Assembly: GCF_001194135.2 (NCBI RefSeq)
Contig: NC_068990.1
Location: 10,812,207 to 10,876,206, forward strand
Direction: 5' to 3'
DNA: 64,000 bases
From: Octopus bimaculoides
Taxonomy: Eukaryota
Below, piece by piece: positions 1 to 16,082 of the stretch; within the stretch, counting starts at the first letter, position 1; each line of letters starts with the position of its first letter. A program made the position numbers and the translations under genes. The notes under the pieces were generated by a model, which worked only from the letters and a program-made list of their open reading frames with translations, was not told the origin of the DNA and did no database searches.

Positions 1-850
1 ATGTTGTACCTGTTCAAGACGGGCCCGTACCAATGGGAGCAAGTAAACCGCTTATCTATTAATTTAAGAAACATTCTACCTACGGGCGTTTTTGTGTTAA
101 GAGAGATAGGGCGGGGGAAAGCCAAATGTTATTTTTGTGGCGCTTTTATCTGTGGTTGTTGGGTTTTGGCATGGAGGAGATATGGTCCATAAATCCGCTA
201 GCAGCTAGGGCTTCGTTATAGTACGGGGCCGCTGCATCACAAATCTTTTGTTTGGAGGGAAGGTTCGTGATATTCTAACTAATACCCTTTACCAAGTTTT
301 ATAGCACGATGGGTGGGTGGAAGGAGGTTTTGTTGATGTACGTTAGCCTCTAGTTTAGTTTGTGGTAAGGCCTGTATGTGTCGGAGCCCAAGTCGAGCGT
401 GACCCCTAAGCCTTCGGTTGTGATGTTGGTCCCTATGGTGATTTTCAATCCCATGGAGGCAAGTGTGTTGACTAGATCCTTTCTAACCCTGTCTACTCTA
501 TACCAGTTTGCACCCATAGAGATGTACAAGGTGTCATCTCTGTACAGGTCAAAGAGAACAGAATGGAACTTTTTCCAAAGGGTATGGAGGATATACCACC
601 CGATGAGGTCACATACGTCAGCGCTATCGTAGGCTACCATTGCTACGTCAAATGAGTCCGTGGGGTCGGATTGATTGACCCATGACAGACTTTTGCTGAA
701 CAACACTGGCTTTCTGGCAAGCATAATAACCTCTACATTTTTGTCGCCGAAGTTAGTGAATAGACGTATGAGGTGGAAAGCATTCTACCACAACCTAACC
801 ACACCATCCCTGGAGGGCAACGTGTATGAAATTAGATAAAAAAAACACCC
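1..850 (-). mobile_element. Penelope-like retroelement (PLE): decayed RT domain plus linker toward the GIY-YIG domain; runs off the window start
   Basis: Minus-strand translation gives FDVAMVAYDSADVCDLIGWYIL...LYRDD...MGLKITI...LGVTLDL...YRPYHKLN*RLTYINKTSFHPPIV...AAPYYNEALAASGF...NNIWLFPRP...VGRMFLKLIDKRF. This matches PLE RT motifs (FDVTMGSYDGAE, YRDDG, NHPP, IIWFNPP). Several in-frame stops. Confidence 0.9.
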
Positions 851-918
851 ACCTAAAATCAAGAACCTCGAACCCTTCGAGTCGGACTGCTTCATAGAAA
901 CTATAATCAAAATAGCTA

Positions 919-1155
919 AAAAGCGGCGAGCTAGCAGAAACGCTGGCACGTCGGGCAAAATGCTTAGCGGTATTTTATCTGTCTTTACGTTCTCAGTTCA
1001 AATTCCGGCGAGGTCGACTTTGCCTTTCATCCAATCGGGGTCAATAATTGAAGTACCAGTTACGCACAGGAGTCGATGTAGTCGACTTAATCCCTTTGTG
1101 TGTCCTTGTTTGTCCCCTCTATGTTTAGCCCCTTGTGGGCAGTAAACAAATAATA
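919..1155 (+). mobile_element. tRNA-derived SINE, family B (Nin/Deu-like central domain)
   Basis: Head gcggcgagctagcagaa, B-box-like gttcaaattcc, then gaggtcgactttgcctttcatcc...aagtaccagt. Homologous to copies at 13360, 45036, 45700, 52685 and 63031. Confidence 0.8.
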
Positions 1156-1425
1156 AACTATAATCAAATTTTACCGAAAAGTAAACTATCCGATATATTT
1201 TTCAACTTATAAGTGTCTTGGAGTGCATAATCCAATATTTCTCCTTTTCAGACGCTTGAGTGGTATATGATGGTTTTTCGGTACCCTTTTTAATAAGTTG
1301 ATCGACAACATGGAGGTGTGTTATGTTTCCTTGGTGCGTTAATCATATTTATTAGAACTTCTTACGCTTGTTTAACTATAGGCCTGCCTTAAGCAAAAAA
1401 AAAAAAAAAAGATAAAAATCTATGA

Positions 1426-1810
1426 GGCGCAGGCGTGACTCTGTGGTAAGAAGTTTGCTTCCCAACCACATGGTTTTGAGTACACTCCCAATGCGTGACA
1501 TCTGGGGTAAGGTTTTTCTATTATAGCATCGAGACAACCAAAAACTTATGAGTCGATTTGGTTGAGGGAAACTTAAAGAAATCCGTCGTATATGTGTGCT
1601 TGTGCGTGTGTCTTTCTGTCTGTGTCTGTCTTACTCCACCCCATTGACAACGGGTGTTGGCTTGTTTGCGTCCCCGTAAGTTAGCAGTCTGTCAAAAAGA
1701 GACCGATATAATAATTATAATGTTTAAAAAATGTATGTACATTCGACTAAAGGTTTTTCAAGTGGTGCCCCAGCATGGCCGCAGTGTAATACTTGACGCA
1801 GATGAAAAAT
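1426..1810 (+). mobile_element. tRNA-derived CORE-type SINE, family A (OR-like), diverged full-length copy
   Basis: tRNA-like head (tgtggtaagaagtttgcttcccaaccacatgg), internal (TG)n region, tail ccccagcatggccgcag; colinear with the copy at 46055-46470. Confidence 0.8.
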
Positions 1811-2420
1811 GACATACAATTCCAGTCATGATTGGGAATTTTTTTTCGAACGTTTTCTTTGTTTGCATCCTGAAATATTTCATGAAATGTATTTTAATAT
1901 TAGAAGATTGTATGGTGTAACGTGATGGTTATTTGGTTGCTACTCATAGCAGGTCGAGCAACACAGATAATGGTGAAGATGATTGCACTTGTGTAGAAAG
2001 AAAAGCGTGATAAGTGTAATACTGACAGAATTTTTAAATGGTGATAAAGGTGGAAATGTGTAAGGTGCGAAAAAGCAAAAATAAGAAATGTCATTATGGC
2101 ATCGGAACAAACGTGACGAAGTTAAACCCACATACATTAGTAAAGGCATTTCAAATATTTCGAAGACAAATTTCTGTTTATATCAACATATCTGTTACAC
2201 TACTACAATTTAACTTGACATTGAAGTGGATGACAAAAAATATAAATACATTAATCAAAATAAATATAGTGAAGAAATGCTGCTAAGAGATGTAGGAGAA
2301 AATCTATTAAAGTGTATATATACATTTAAAAAGACTTTCAAATTTTTTCGTAATGCAGTTATTATGATTGATCTGTCTACTGTTGCCGAAAGATTCTATT
2401 TCAATATTTTGAAACAGAAC

Positions 2421-2524
<104 letters not shown>

Positions 2525-2525
2525 A

Positions 2526-4675
<2,150 letters not shown>

Positions 4676-4744
4676 ATAGAGAGAAAGAGTGGGCATTATA
4701 CCTGCAACTGAATTAAGACTGTCACGAAGAAATGAGCATGCAAT

Positions 4745-5005
4745 TCTCCATTGTGCTGAATGCGTAATGAATTTGATGACAGTATTGCCTATATTGTAAA
4801 TGATTGTCCTAGACTTACTGGAAAGCAATATATGTATGGCGTTATGACGAGTTTGCAGAAGTTCTGCATTGTAAACTGTGAGAAAAGTGGAGATTGGAGA
4901 AAGATAAAGTATATTACAACCACAAATCACAGAGTGTGGCTGAATCGGAGGTTTGTAAGATCCTGTGGGATTCCCAACTCAAACACACCAGGTAATGGTG
5001 TATAA
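4745..5005 (+). mobile_element. Older, divergent R4/Dong-type fragment (zinc knuckle to start of RLE)
   Basis: DSIAYIVNDCPRLTGKQYM (frameshift) RYDEFAEVLHCKL*EKWRLEKDKVYYNHKSQSVAESEVCKILWDSQL aligns to the R4 pattern HIVSxCPxLAxxxYxxRHD...HWxLC...KILWD. Confidence 0.7.
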
Positions 5006-6007
5006 CAAACTGGATTTAACTACTTCAACCAGCATGATCTGAGTTAGTATATTTAACCCGCAATGTTTTATACTGGTGTCGGTGTTGTGAATGACTTGCG
5101 TGCAATTATTTTTTTAAAATCCAACGAATGTTTCCAAAACAGGTTCTTATTTTTTTTATTTCTCCTGTTGTATAATAGTGAATATCTAACAAAAATGTAT
5201 CTTACGTTGATGTTTTTTCTTTGTGTGCTTCTTTAAATTTCTGCTCTCATCTGATAGATTGACAGGGACGCGGCACTTTTTGTAAGAATGCGAGAAATAG
5301 TTGCAAATATCTCAAAAATAAATCCTTCACTTCAGATAATGCGATAGACGTTCAAAGTTAACGAAGAATATGGGTATCAAATACAATCGCCACTAGACAG
5401 CATGCTTTTCATAAGTTATACAAGGAGAGAAATAGTTCCTATAAAAATATAAAGCGTATTCAACCACATCTATGCAACGCCAGTCTTCAAACTAGTTTGG
5501 TGTTAAATGCATTATTTCTGCCTATTTCCATCTTATTCTTGACCTCAAAGCTATATTTTTGCTGTACTAGCTATACCAACCAAAGGAAAGCTTTTGAAGT
5601 TTACTATTTTTCGAACGCTTTTGTATTCATTTAACATGCACCTTATATATTGATATATTGCATTTGCTTTTGTGATATATATATNNNNNNNNNNNNNNNN
5701 NNNNNNNNNNNNNNNNNNNNNNNNNNNNNNNNNNNNNNNNNNNNNNNNNNNNNNNNNNNNNNNNNNNNNNNNNNNNNNNNNNNNNNNNNNNNNNNNNNNN
5801 NNNNNNNNNNNNNNNNNNNNNNNNNNNNNNNNNNNNNNNNNNNNNNNNNNNNNNNNNNNNNNNNNNNNNNNNNNNNNNNNNNNNNNNNNNNNNNNNNNNN
5901 NNNNNNNNNNNNNNNNNNNNNNNNNNNNNNNNNNNNNNNNNNNNNNNNNNNNNNNNNNNNNNNNNNNNNNNNNNNNNNNNNNNNNNNNNNNNNNNNNNNN
6001 NNNNNNN

Positions 6008-6042
<35 letters not shown>

Positions 6043-8454
6043 GTATACATATATATACGTATATACATGCATGTATGCATCCATCAATATATACATACAC
6101 ATACACACGTTCATACGTAAGTACGTGTGTGTGTGTGTGTGTGTGTGCATTCGAGTTAAACAGTTTTTCTTTCGTTATTTATGTGTTCGTCTCTCAAATT
6201 AAATTTATCGAAAGTATTGCTTCATGCTATCTATATGTGCATGGTTATTTTTTCTTTTCCGTCAGTGCGATACCCTTCGCACATCCACCTGCTGTAGTTC
6301 ACACCAAATTCTTCAGAAACTGCCTTTTTCTCTTCTTTATGTCCAATAACGCTTCTGCCACATCCAGCTCCAACACCATCGCCAATAACTCTACGTCCGT
6401 CACTACTACCATAACGACCATTAACAAGGATTATGATAGTAACCTTACTTCCTTCCGCCTTCTTTCTATTGTCGCTTCCTTTTTTTACTTTATATTATGT
6501 CCCCTTCATCGAAAGGGGCATAAATTGTAAACTCTATGTAGGAAAATAATTTAGCATCAGTGACAATGAGTTGTTAATATATTTTCCCCTCTTATCTAAT
6601 GCTCCTCACTGAATAATCATATATAGCTTTTTTTTCCCCTCCTACTAAGATTTCTCTTTTATTTTCCACCTCGCTTAAAGTCATATGTTTTCGTAAGCAC
6701 GAGGTGGAAAAATGTCCATAGTTTGCGATAATTTACAATGATTTGTTTATGTCCTTGTTTTCAACTTTCCCAGATCTCCCTAATAAATAATCTTATGTAG
6801 GATTTCGCGCTGTCAAAATTATCCACCTTTTCTCTTTTTCTGTTTCTATGCTATTCATGTTAGTGGAGGTACACTAGGTTCTCTACTGCATGTGACAGCT
6901 TTATTTTGATATTCGCTGATAGTAGGGAAACAACATCGTCATTGCTGTACGAATGTCAGTAGAAAGACCTACTTATACTAGTAAAGCAACGTAACACAGC
7001 ATAAACACACTCGAGCATTCTACGTTTCAACTGATAATGCTACCGAATATGTTGACGAAGAGAGTTTTTTGGCTTTCCAATCTGGAAGCCTACAAGACGC
7101 AAAATACACTCTACAAAACGGTAGATGAACTCGAGATTATTAACGGCCATCGAAATAATATGATTTATTTGATTTTTATCTTATTGAAATTGTTATTACA
7201 AAAGATAGATCCACGATTACAGTACTGCTCTTTGTTGGTAATAAAGAAAGTGAAGCACACTATACATGGCCGGGAGATTAAAAAAAAACTGAAAGGAGAA
7301 AGTGTTAATATATAATTATAAATATAATATCTATTACAGGTGTTTAAGAACAAACCATTAATTGAATGATAAAAACTTAATCGGACAGCCAATACACAAT
7401 GCGTGCATTACGTGTAATACGTGCAATAAGCAATTCGTGCAAACTTGCAAAACTAACAATCGTGTGTTGGTGAAAACAAATGTTTTGGATATGAAGAACG
7501 TCAACAGAAGTCAAGTAATGCAGTATGGACAAATTCATATACTATTCAACTATTGTCTTTATGCCCAAACTAGACATCATATTCCTTATAATTGTCTTTT
7601 TTTTTCTTGATGCGGCTGTTGTACCTCCTGTTTGTGTAATGCGCATGCGTATATTTAGCTCAGGATTTGGACATTTGGATACCAATACCAAATGAAATAT
7701 CTTTCACAATAATTAGTTCAAAGAGTTATATTTACGTAAAAACAATCTGTCTTCCAAACCTGAGATCGTTAATGAGGAAATTTCTTTTTACGGAAGGTTT
7801 TTCATTTAGTTACACGCGAAACATGTTCGTATCCGAAACAGCTAGCGTGTAACTAATACTTAGTAAGAAGCCGCCATAATTGTTTATATGCAGAGTTATA
7901 TTATTTCTCCTTTCCTCTTCATAAAGTATTTTATATGACGTAATTGTTTGATGGAAGAACACTCGACATTTGTTCTGCGACAGGTTTCTCTCAATGTCAA
8001 AATCCAACAAAGAACTACGCTAGCACAATTGCTTCCATTGTCATTAACGTTATTTACAATATTTCCGTCTGGTAAAACGTACTGGTGTTATTGTTGTTTC
8101 TTTTATGTTATTGCTGTTTTTCCAAAGTATCAGAAAAAATACATGTTCAATTTCTGTTTACTGATTCTTTTGTGTATATATTTTCAATTCATTTTTTTTT
8201 TTTTCAAGAGAGTGGTAACTATATGTCTCGGAGCTATTTTGAGCGAATGTAAACAGTGAAAATATGTATGTTAAAACGGTTCTTTCATCATAAAACATTG
8301 TAGATCTTAAAAAAAAACCCACATGTCTTTATGTAGAAAATGCACATTTCGCCACGTTCAAATAAACATTCAGTTGTTAAAAGAAAAATCAACAGATTCT
8401 AAATCCAAACAACAGCAACACGTAAACACGTCTTCCTGAGGGAAACATAACAAC

Positions 8455-8540
8455 GATATCAACAACATCAATAAAATGATGATGATGTTGATGATGATGA
8501 TAATGATGATGATGACGACGACGACAACAACAGCAACAAT
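8455..8540. repeat. Compound AAC/GAT/GAC trinucleotide tract
   Basis: Mosaic of caa, gat and gac units. Confidence 0.9.
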
Positions 8541-8583
8541 CGCTCGGTAGTGCAGTGAAAATACATGAAAAAAAAGATAACTC

Positions 8584-8612
<29 letters not shown>
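8541..8612 (+). mobile_element. Very short 5'-truncated R4/Dong 3' end with (AAT)n tail
   Basis: cgctcggtagtgcagtgaaaa...(aat)n matches the 3' UTR end cgctgggtggtgcagtgaaaa...(aat)n at about 4446-4495. Confidence 0.65.
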
Positions 8613-8618
<6 letters not shown>

Positions 8619-10487
8619 TGTTGCCGAACTTCAAAGGTGAATTAGAATTTAAGTGTTGTTTTGTGAATATTCGTTGCCTGTTCATGGCTGGTTACAGTGA
8701 GTGTGTGTGCGCGCGCGCGTGTGTGGAAGTGGGGTTGTAAATATGTGTATATGCGTATGTATTATCTCAGTGTAAGTGAATGCGTTTATCGCAAAGTGTT
8801 TCTGTGGCAAGAAATGAATAGCATTTTCAAAATGTCAAATTGTATAAAGAAAACTGAAACTTATGGAAAAATTGTTTCAAATAATCTACTATTAAACATG
8901 AATGTCCTTCCTAATACCTTATGTTTGATGAGAGGCAAATGAAGGAAATTATTTAGCCGTCCATTATCTCAGTAAACGTCATCGAATGGAGACTAGTCTT
9001 AAAGTCGTAAAGATGAGAGATATAAGAGACAACCCTTCCTTCATAAAAGAATTGGAAGTCACAATTTCAATTAAATAATTTCAAGCATAACCAGCAACTT
9101 GCGTCTATTAGGTCGATCAATCTGTGAAAAGTATTAGCAAATTCATTTTTGAAATTATTACAATACTGTCTTAAGAAGTGCGGTTACATATTATAACGCT
9201 GCCTTACAAGGGACTTCTGAACAAGAGGATCGGATTTTCCACGCTGAAAGGTTTATCATCATAGACCTACTCAATCATCTTCTATAAAACCAAAATAGTA
9301 GGTGATAAATTTGATATAAGTAATTCATTCTTATTAAGGATACAATATTTACGGATATATTGCATTGTTATTAATTCACCAAATTAGTTTACCTGTACTA
9401 GTGAAATAGTATAACTATGAGCTCCACTATGGTTTCTTTATTTTTTTTTCATTATTTCTTGTTATATGAGCATTAATCCTCCTTTCTATCAAGGCTAAAA
9501 TAGCATGCCTATCTATTTGATCCAACCAATTCTCACTTTAATTATCCTACAATTATTGGTACTTTTCGTGTTTGCTAGTCAAGTTGAGTAAGGAAGATGT
9601 TCTGCTCATATTTGTGTTAACCAATTTAATATCACGCTTTATTCGTCATGTAACACCCTTCTACATCCTCGCTATCTCCTCACCGTGACCACAAGGTAAT
9701 AGAAACAGTTAATAATTATATTTGGATATAAAAGCGGCATAACGGTCGAAATACACAGGGACTGACGCTATGCTTTCATCAAGCGTTTAATTATTCTATG
9801 ACACCCCAAGAATCAATGTTTTGAGTTCCACTCAGTACAGGTATAAGCAAAAAATACAAATTAAATATACGTTAAATATACTGGTGCTAGAAAGAATAAC
9901 TACCGTTGAACACTTTCACAGGAGATAATAGTAAATATTATTGCCTTGAGCTAATCAAGACACCATATGTCATATACAAGTATGGTCAAGTGTGATTTAT
10001 GACTAAGTGAGTTCAATGATTTATGACTGTAGATGTTTTAGATTTGCTATATTTGTATGACCGATGTTCTTATTAGTGTTGTTACAATTTTTAATTATTT
10101 CATTCAGTCGTCACTAGTATCACAATTTAAGGAGAATTATGAAATACGTAGTTCAGACAAACAATGTGTTCTGTTTTTAAGTGAAGCAGTGACAAATCAA
10201 ATCGTTTCTTCGTTGTTGGATATTTTAAAAGTAGTTATCTGTTTATGAGAAGGAAAAGAAGTATTCAAAATATGGTAATGACTTGGGAAATAAATGGAAC
10301 AGATTACAAAGTACTGGCTTCATATACCGAAACAATAGTATGCTTAATTCTGTGTAGGACAGGAAACAGGTAGGTGAATAACTGCGTTCACGTATGGGCA
10401 TACTGACATACATAGCCTCTCTCCCCCTCCATTTCACCGTAGCTCTTTCTCTCTGTCCATGTGTTCCTGTCTGCTTGCGTGTGTGTA

Positions 10488-10546
10488 TGAGAGAGAGAGA
10501 GGGTGAGAGGGTGTGTGAGAGAGAGAGAGGATAAGAGAGAGAGGAT

Positions 10547-10586
<40 letters not shown>

Positions 10587-10592
10587 ATGAGA
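10488..10592. repeat. (GA)n-rich polypurine tract
   Basis: Imperfect GA repeat seen directly. Confidence 0.95.
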
Positions 10593-12888
10593 GTTTCTAA
10601 ACAATTATGAAATCCGCATTTTCAAGCCATTAAGTATTTGTTCAAAAATATTTGACTCCTTCCCCGATCTACTTGAGAGACGTCATAGCTTAATTCATTC
10701 ATGGATGGGTACAAAACAGATACTGCGTACAAATGCAAAATAATAAGGTATATATGTATATATAAACACACACACACACATACATAAACTTATGTATTAG
10801 ATAATAAAACAAATGATTTACACCTGGTAGCTTTCTGGCAAAGCACGGTACCTTTCACAGTGTTCGTTGGGTATGGAGTAAATGAAAGACGGATGATGGA
10901 ATATAGGAGAAATTTTATTGTTAATCACGACAATTGTTTCGACACATTTATCATTCAGCCCTCACAGCTGGGACACTTAACAACTGGTTCAGGAGCATGC
11001 AGCGGTGGAAATGTATCGCATCTGGTGATAAACAGATACAACTCGTTAAAATAACAGTTCCGCAATGTAATTTATTATTTCGTAGAAAGAAAAGCAGCAA
11101 AACGAAGGTAGTATCTTCATTTATGTAGAAGATCAAAAATAAAATCATAGATGCAAAAATGAAACGAATACGCAATACAACGAGAAAAAGTATTAAAAAT
11201 AACCTTTAACAAATATGGATGCATAAACGCCCTCGTGCAAACTGCATGGTTCATGTACACTCACTCATAGAAGCATCCGCAAGAATGTAAATATACGCAC
11301 ACGTGTGGTTTGTTTCATTCACGATCACGAAGCGAGTTAAATAGCTACTTGGTATTTATAAGAACGAGAAGTTAAAACTAAACGGAATTCATCCATACCT
11401 TAAAGTAAATTACGTTAAGAGTTACTCAAATTTATTCCCCTGCATTGTGAGATAGTATATTTATACGCGTTATGTATCTTGACAGTCATTCAGAAATTCT
11501 ATTAACAATCTTCTTATTGGTCCACAGAATAGGCAGGAATTCTTCGGACAAAAGTCGGCATCTACTGGACATGAAATTGTACGGTTTCACGTGCTTTACT
11601 ATGGTTCAATTTATGTTGTACTGAATTTTATCTTCCTTCAGTCACCATACAAAATCGGTCACATACACACATACATACCTATATATATATATATATATAT
11701 ATNNNNNNNNNNNNNNNNNNNNNNNNNNNNNNNNNNNNNNNNNNNNNNNNNNNNNNNNNNNNNNNNNNNNNNNNNNNNNNNNNNNNNNNNNNNNNNNNNN
11801 NNNNNNNNNNNNNNNNNNNNNNNNNNNNNNNNNNNNNNNNNNNNNNNNNNNNNNNNNNNNNNNNNNNNNNNNNNNNNNNNNNNNNNNNNNNNNNNNNNNN
11901 NNNNNNNNNATATGTATATATATAACGTTGACCACTAACGTGGACATTCAATGTGCTAGAAATAGATCATATATATGATACACATACATATATGTATATG
12001 TGTGTGTGTGTGTGTGTGTATCAAGATATATATAAATATACTATATATATATTTGTATCAAAAGTAGTGTTGGCTTGCAAAAACGGAAATTGTGCATGAT
12101 AGATTTCGGATAAGGAAACCGAAAAATTAAGAGTTAAGTCAAAGGTCAACATGGACATACGCACAGTTTCGATGTGTATGTACCATCAGGAATCTTCTTG
12201 GGGAACCTTGAAGTCATTGCAATACGTTTCGTACATTGGTTTTCAAACCACAAAAACCATGCCCACATGAAATACCAACTTATCGTATCAATGATATATA
12301 TATATTATGAATACAGGAATATAATCAATATTAGATTTTGATATATTGTAAGTTTTCCTAATCAACAGTTCAGCCTTGTTGGATAAAAGGATATTGCTTT
12401 GTGTTTTCTTTACAAAGTTTTGAAAAAATATTTTACCAATAATGATTAATAGTTAGATTAATTAAAGTGATATTTCATTTTAAAGCAAGGGGCACAAATG
12501 ATGATTGAGATTTAGAAAATTTTAATTCATAATTTACAATTTGTAAAATAACAGATATATTTACGTATTAAAATAGGCAAAGTGAGGCATGCGGAACTTA
12601 GTGCGACATCTGGAAGCACAACAAAACTACAGAACTGACCTTCACATACTAAGTAAATTAACGAATCCGGAGACATAAGGCAACTTTGTGTAGAAATATC
12701 AAGGAGTAAGGGGAATAACTACTAACATCTGAAATAAAGTAAATAGAATATAAGACGTGTGCCTTTTAATTCAATTAAAATTAATTAGGATTGATTTTGT
12801 CAACATTAATACAAAAATTAAATGGTTTATCACCCTTTTCAGAGCGGCGTAAAATTCTCTTGAAACAAAAATCAATATAAATTATCCA

Positions 12889-13035
12889 AGAGGTTCGGCA
12901 AAAGAGATGGATAGAATAAATACTAGGCTTCTAAAGAATAAGTCCTGGGGTCGATTTCCTCGACTAATGGCGGTGCTCCAGCATGGCCGCAGTCAAATGA
13001 CTGAAACAAGTAAAAGAGTAAAAGAGTAAAGAGTA
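12889..13035 (+). mobile_element. SINE family A, 3' part
   Basis: ggttcggcaaaagag...gaataagtcctggggtcgattt...ggcggtgctccagcatggccgcagtcaaatgactgaaacaagtaaaagagtaaaagag. Confidence 0.88.
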
Positions 13036-13141
13036 ATGTATCTTTTCTTTAGTAAAAATTTACTGTTCCGTGAAGATCGAGAAAATAGTACCCCATCCAG
13101 TGGGAGAAATGTCATTGAATGTACACAGTATAAAGAGTTTC

Positions 13142-14411
13142 TTGCTCTAGGCAAGTATTTATAACAAGCCTTATGTCTCCAAGCAATCTACTGGCTCTGA
13201 GCATCTTTCCTATTCTGTTTGCAAATCAGGATGCTGGTACAAGTGAAATCACGAGAAGAAACATTTTTCATCATTTCCAGCATACATATTTTCATTTCTA
13301 GCATATAGATTGAGTGCTCTGAAACTAGTAAAAAACTAATAATATATTAAGATAAGTTAAGGCGGTGAGCTGCCAGAACCATTGGCATCCCTGATAAAAT
13401 GCTTATCGGCATTTCATCATTCTTCATGGTCTGAGATCAAATTCCGCCATTCTACTTTCCGTAGACCATAGAATAAGCAACTGATTAGTAATGGGGTCAA
13501 TGTAATTGAATGAACTTCTCTCACAAAATTGCTGGCCATCTGCTAAAATTTGAAACAAATATACTGAGATAAGTATAGCGGCAACGACATCGTTTTCTGG
13601 TAAGCATGGACCTAATGCATATGCAGTAACAATTCCTATTTCATTTGGTATATTTGTTCATATTATGATCTGATAATGAAATCTTATCCAATCAGCCGCT
13701 TCACCTCTACACTGGCAATTAAAAGATCAACATGCAATTAATGTAAATGTATCATTGAATACACTACTTTATGAACAGTTTGATAATTCACAGTAAATAT
13801 CTTAAATAGCAAATTACATTAATAAACTAGTATCCAATTTTATCTCTCTACTTAATTCTACTTAATGTAACAATTTATAGACTGTGACTAAGCAAACATT
13901 TCACATAATTTATTGCCGTTCAAGAATTTATATTTAAAACTGAATTATAATCAAACAGCCAGTAAAGATTTACGAAGACGCAACCGATGCTAGGAATAGC
14001 TTGGCTAGTTTTACATGATCAATTCCAGTAATGATTATCTAGCAAAAGCTACCGAGCTGGATGTTGGGAAATTAAGACAATGACACGCTTCTGATTATCA
14101 GCTAATCTATTTTCCTTCATATTTGCTAATAATAATTTGGCAGGTAAATGAAATTGCACATTCCTAGTTATCCCTATTTATCCGCAAATGTCTTGAAGGG
14201 TGAATGAAAACGGATAGAGAGTTCTTTTCTTTACTTTTCTTTCCCTTTTCCGTTTTTATTCACCCTTCAACTCTTTCCATCTACCTTCTTGTTTCTTCTC
14301 GTGACTTCTCTTGTACTAGCATCCTGATTTGCAAAGAGAATAGACAATGTGCTCAGAGCCAGTAGATTGCTTGGAATCGCAAGGCATGTTATAAATACCT
14401 GTCAAGAGTAA
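13142..14411. repeat. 122-bp imperfect inverted repeat pair (13142-13263 and 14290-14411); possible non-autonomous TIR element
   Basis: Manual ungapped alignment of the left-arm reverse complement to the right arm gives 105/122 identical. No clear target-site duplication. Confidence 0.85.
13360..13560 (+). mobile_element. SINE family B, diverged
   Basis: ggcggtgagctgccagaa...aaaatgctta...tcaaattccgcc...ggggtcaatgtaattga...aaatttgaaacaa. Confidence 0.7.
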
Positions 14412-14759
14412 AAAAAAAACACTATTCGTAGCTTGTATCTGTATACTGCATGCATGAAATGACATCTCTCTCACTGGATGGTGTACCATTTTCTCGACAG
14501 TTCACAGTATGTACGCATTTCAAGAAATATATCTTGGCCACTAGACAGTAAACAATTAACATACTGTTTATGTTTGTTTCATATCGAATTTTTGTAACGT
14601 TGATTACCTCACTTCTGTTTCCCTTCACGTCCTCTTCACCAGCGCCTCTTGTATAAACGTATTCTGCTCAAAAGACAACTCAGAAACAATTTTGCTCTCA
14701 GTTCTAAAAGTGGCAAATTGAATGATCAATTCGACCTGGGTGATAATACTTAACAACCT

Positions 14760-15022
14760 TAGACGGAGACTGAAAGAAGTCCTCCGTATATATGTATATA
14801 TTTATGTATGTGTGTATATGATTGCGTCTGTGTTTGTCCCCCCAAAATCGCGTTCAACCGATGCTGGTGTGCTTACATCTCCGTAACTTAGCGGTTCGGC
14901 AAAATAAACCGATGGAATAAGTATTAGGCTTACAAAGAATAAGTTCTGGGGTTGATTTGCTTAACTAAAGGCGGTTTTCCAGCATGGCCACAGTCACGTG
15001 ACTGAGAGAAGTAAAAGAGTAA
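14760..15022 (+). mobile_element. SINE family A, central and 3' part
   Basis: ctgaaagaag..cgtatatatg, gtttgtcccccc, aaccgatgctggtgtg, ccagcatggccacagtca, gtaaaagagtaaaa. Confidence 0.88.
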
Positions 15023-16082
15023 AAATGTATATATGTATATCAAAATACAATTTTTTGTCAATATGTCGCTGCANNNNNNNNNNNNNNNNNNNNNNNNNNN
15101 NNNNNNNNNNNNNNNNNNNNNNNNNNNNNNNNNNNNNNNNNNNNNNNNNNNNNNNNNNNNNNNNNNNNNNNNNNNNNNNNNNNNNNNNNNNNNNNNNNNN
15201 NNNNNNNNNNNNNNNNNNNNNNNNNNNNNNNNNNNNNNNNNNNNNNNNNNNNNNNNNNNNNNNNNNNNNNNNNNNNNNNNNNNNNNNNNNNNNNNNNNNN
15301 NNNNNNNNNNNNNNNNNNNNNNNNNNNNNNNNNNNNNNNNNNNNNNNNNNNNNNNNNNNNNNNNNNNNNNNNNNNNNNNNNNNNNNNNNNNNNNNNNNNN
15401 NNNNNNNNNNNNNNNNNNNNNNNNNNNNNNNNNNNNNNNNNNNNNNNNNNNNNNNNNNNNNNNNNNNNNNNNNNNNNNNNNNNNNNNNNNNNNNNNNNNN
15501 NNNNNNNNNNNNNNNNNNNNNNNNNNNNNNNNNNNNNNNNNNNNNNNNNNNNNNNNNNNNNNNNNNNNNNNNNNNNNNNNNNNNNNNNNNNNNNNNNNNN
15601 NNNNNNNNNNNNNNNNNNNNNNNNNNNNNNNNNNNNNNNNNNNNNNNNNNNNNNNNNNNNNNNNNNNNNNNNNNNNNNNNNNNNNNNNNNNNNNNNNNNN
15701 NNNNNNNNNNNNNNNNNNNNNNNNNNNNNNNNNNNNNNNNNNATATATATTTACACATACATATATATATGCACTGTTATATACCCGTGCGTGTGTATGT
15801 GTGTACGTGTAAATATATTTGTGCATTTATGATATATAATAATGGCGAATCCATCAGTATATACTATGAAGAAAAAATATACACTTGTAGATGTGAATGT
15901 ACATATGTGTATATATATATGTACATATGTACATGTATATGTACACTCACACACACACACACATACACACACACACATATATATATATATGTGGGAGAAT
16001 TTACGAAAAAAACAAAAGACGGAGACAGGTGGTGTAAACAACAAATGGATGTATTAGTTTAACGCTCGGGAATAGAGAAAGT

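Noticed and set aside
8697-8725. (TG)n(CG)n alternating tract with Z-DNA potential
   Set aside because: Ordinary microsatellite variant, common in this kind of genome.
9727-9845. TATAAAAG box followed by a possible donor site near 9840
   Set aside because: TATA-like words are common in AT-rich DNA, and no linked gene was identified.
12598-12618. CTCF-like motif (also agcgccatcagg near 35025)
   Set aside because: Short degenerate matches expected by chance; no functional evidence from sequence alone.
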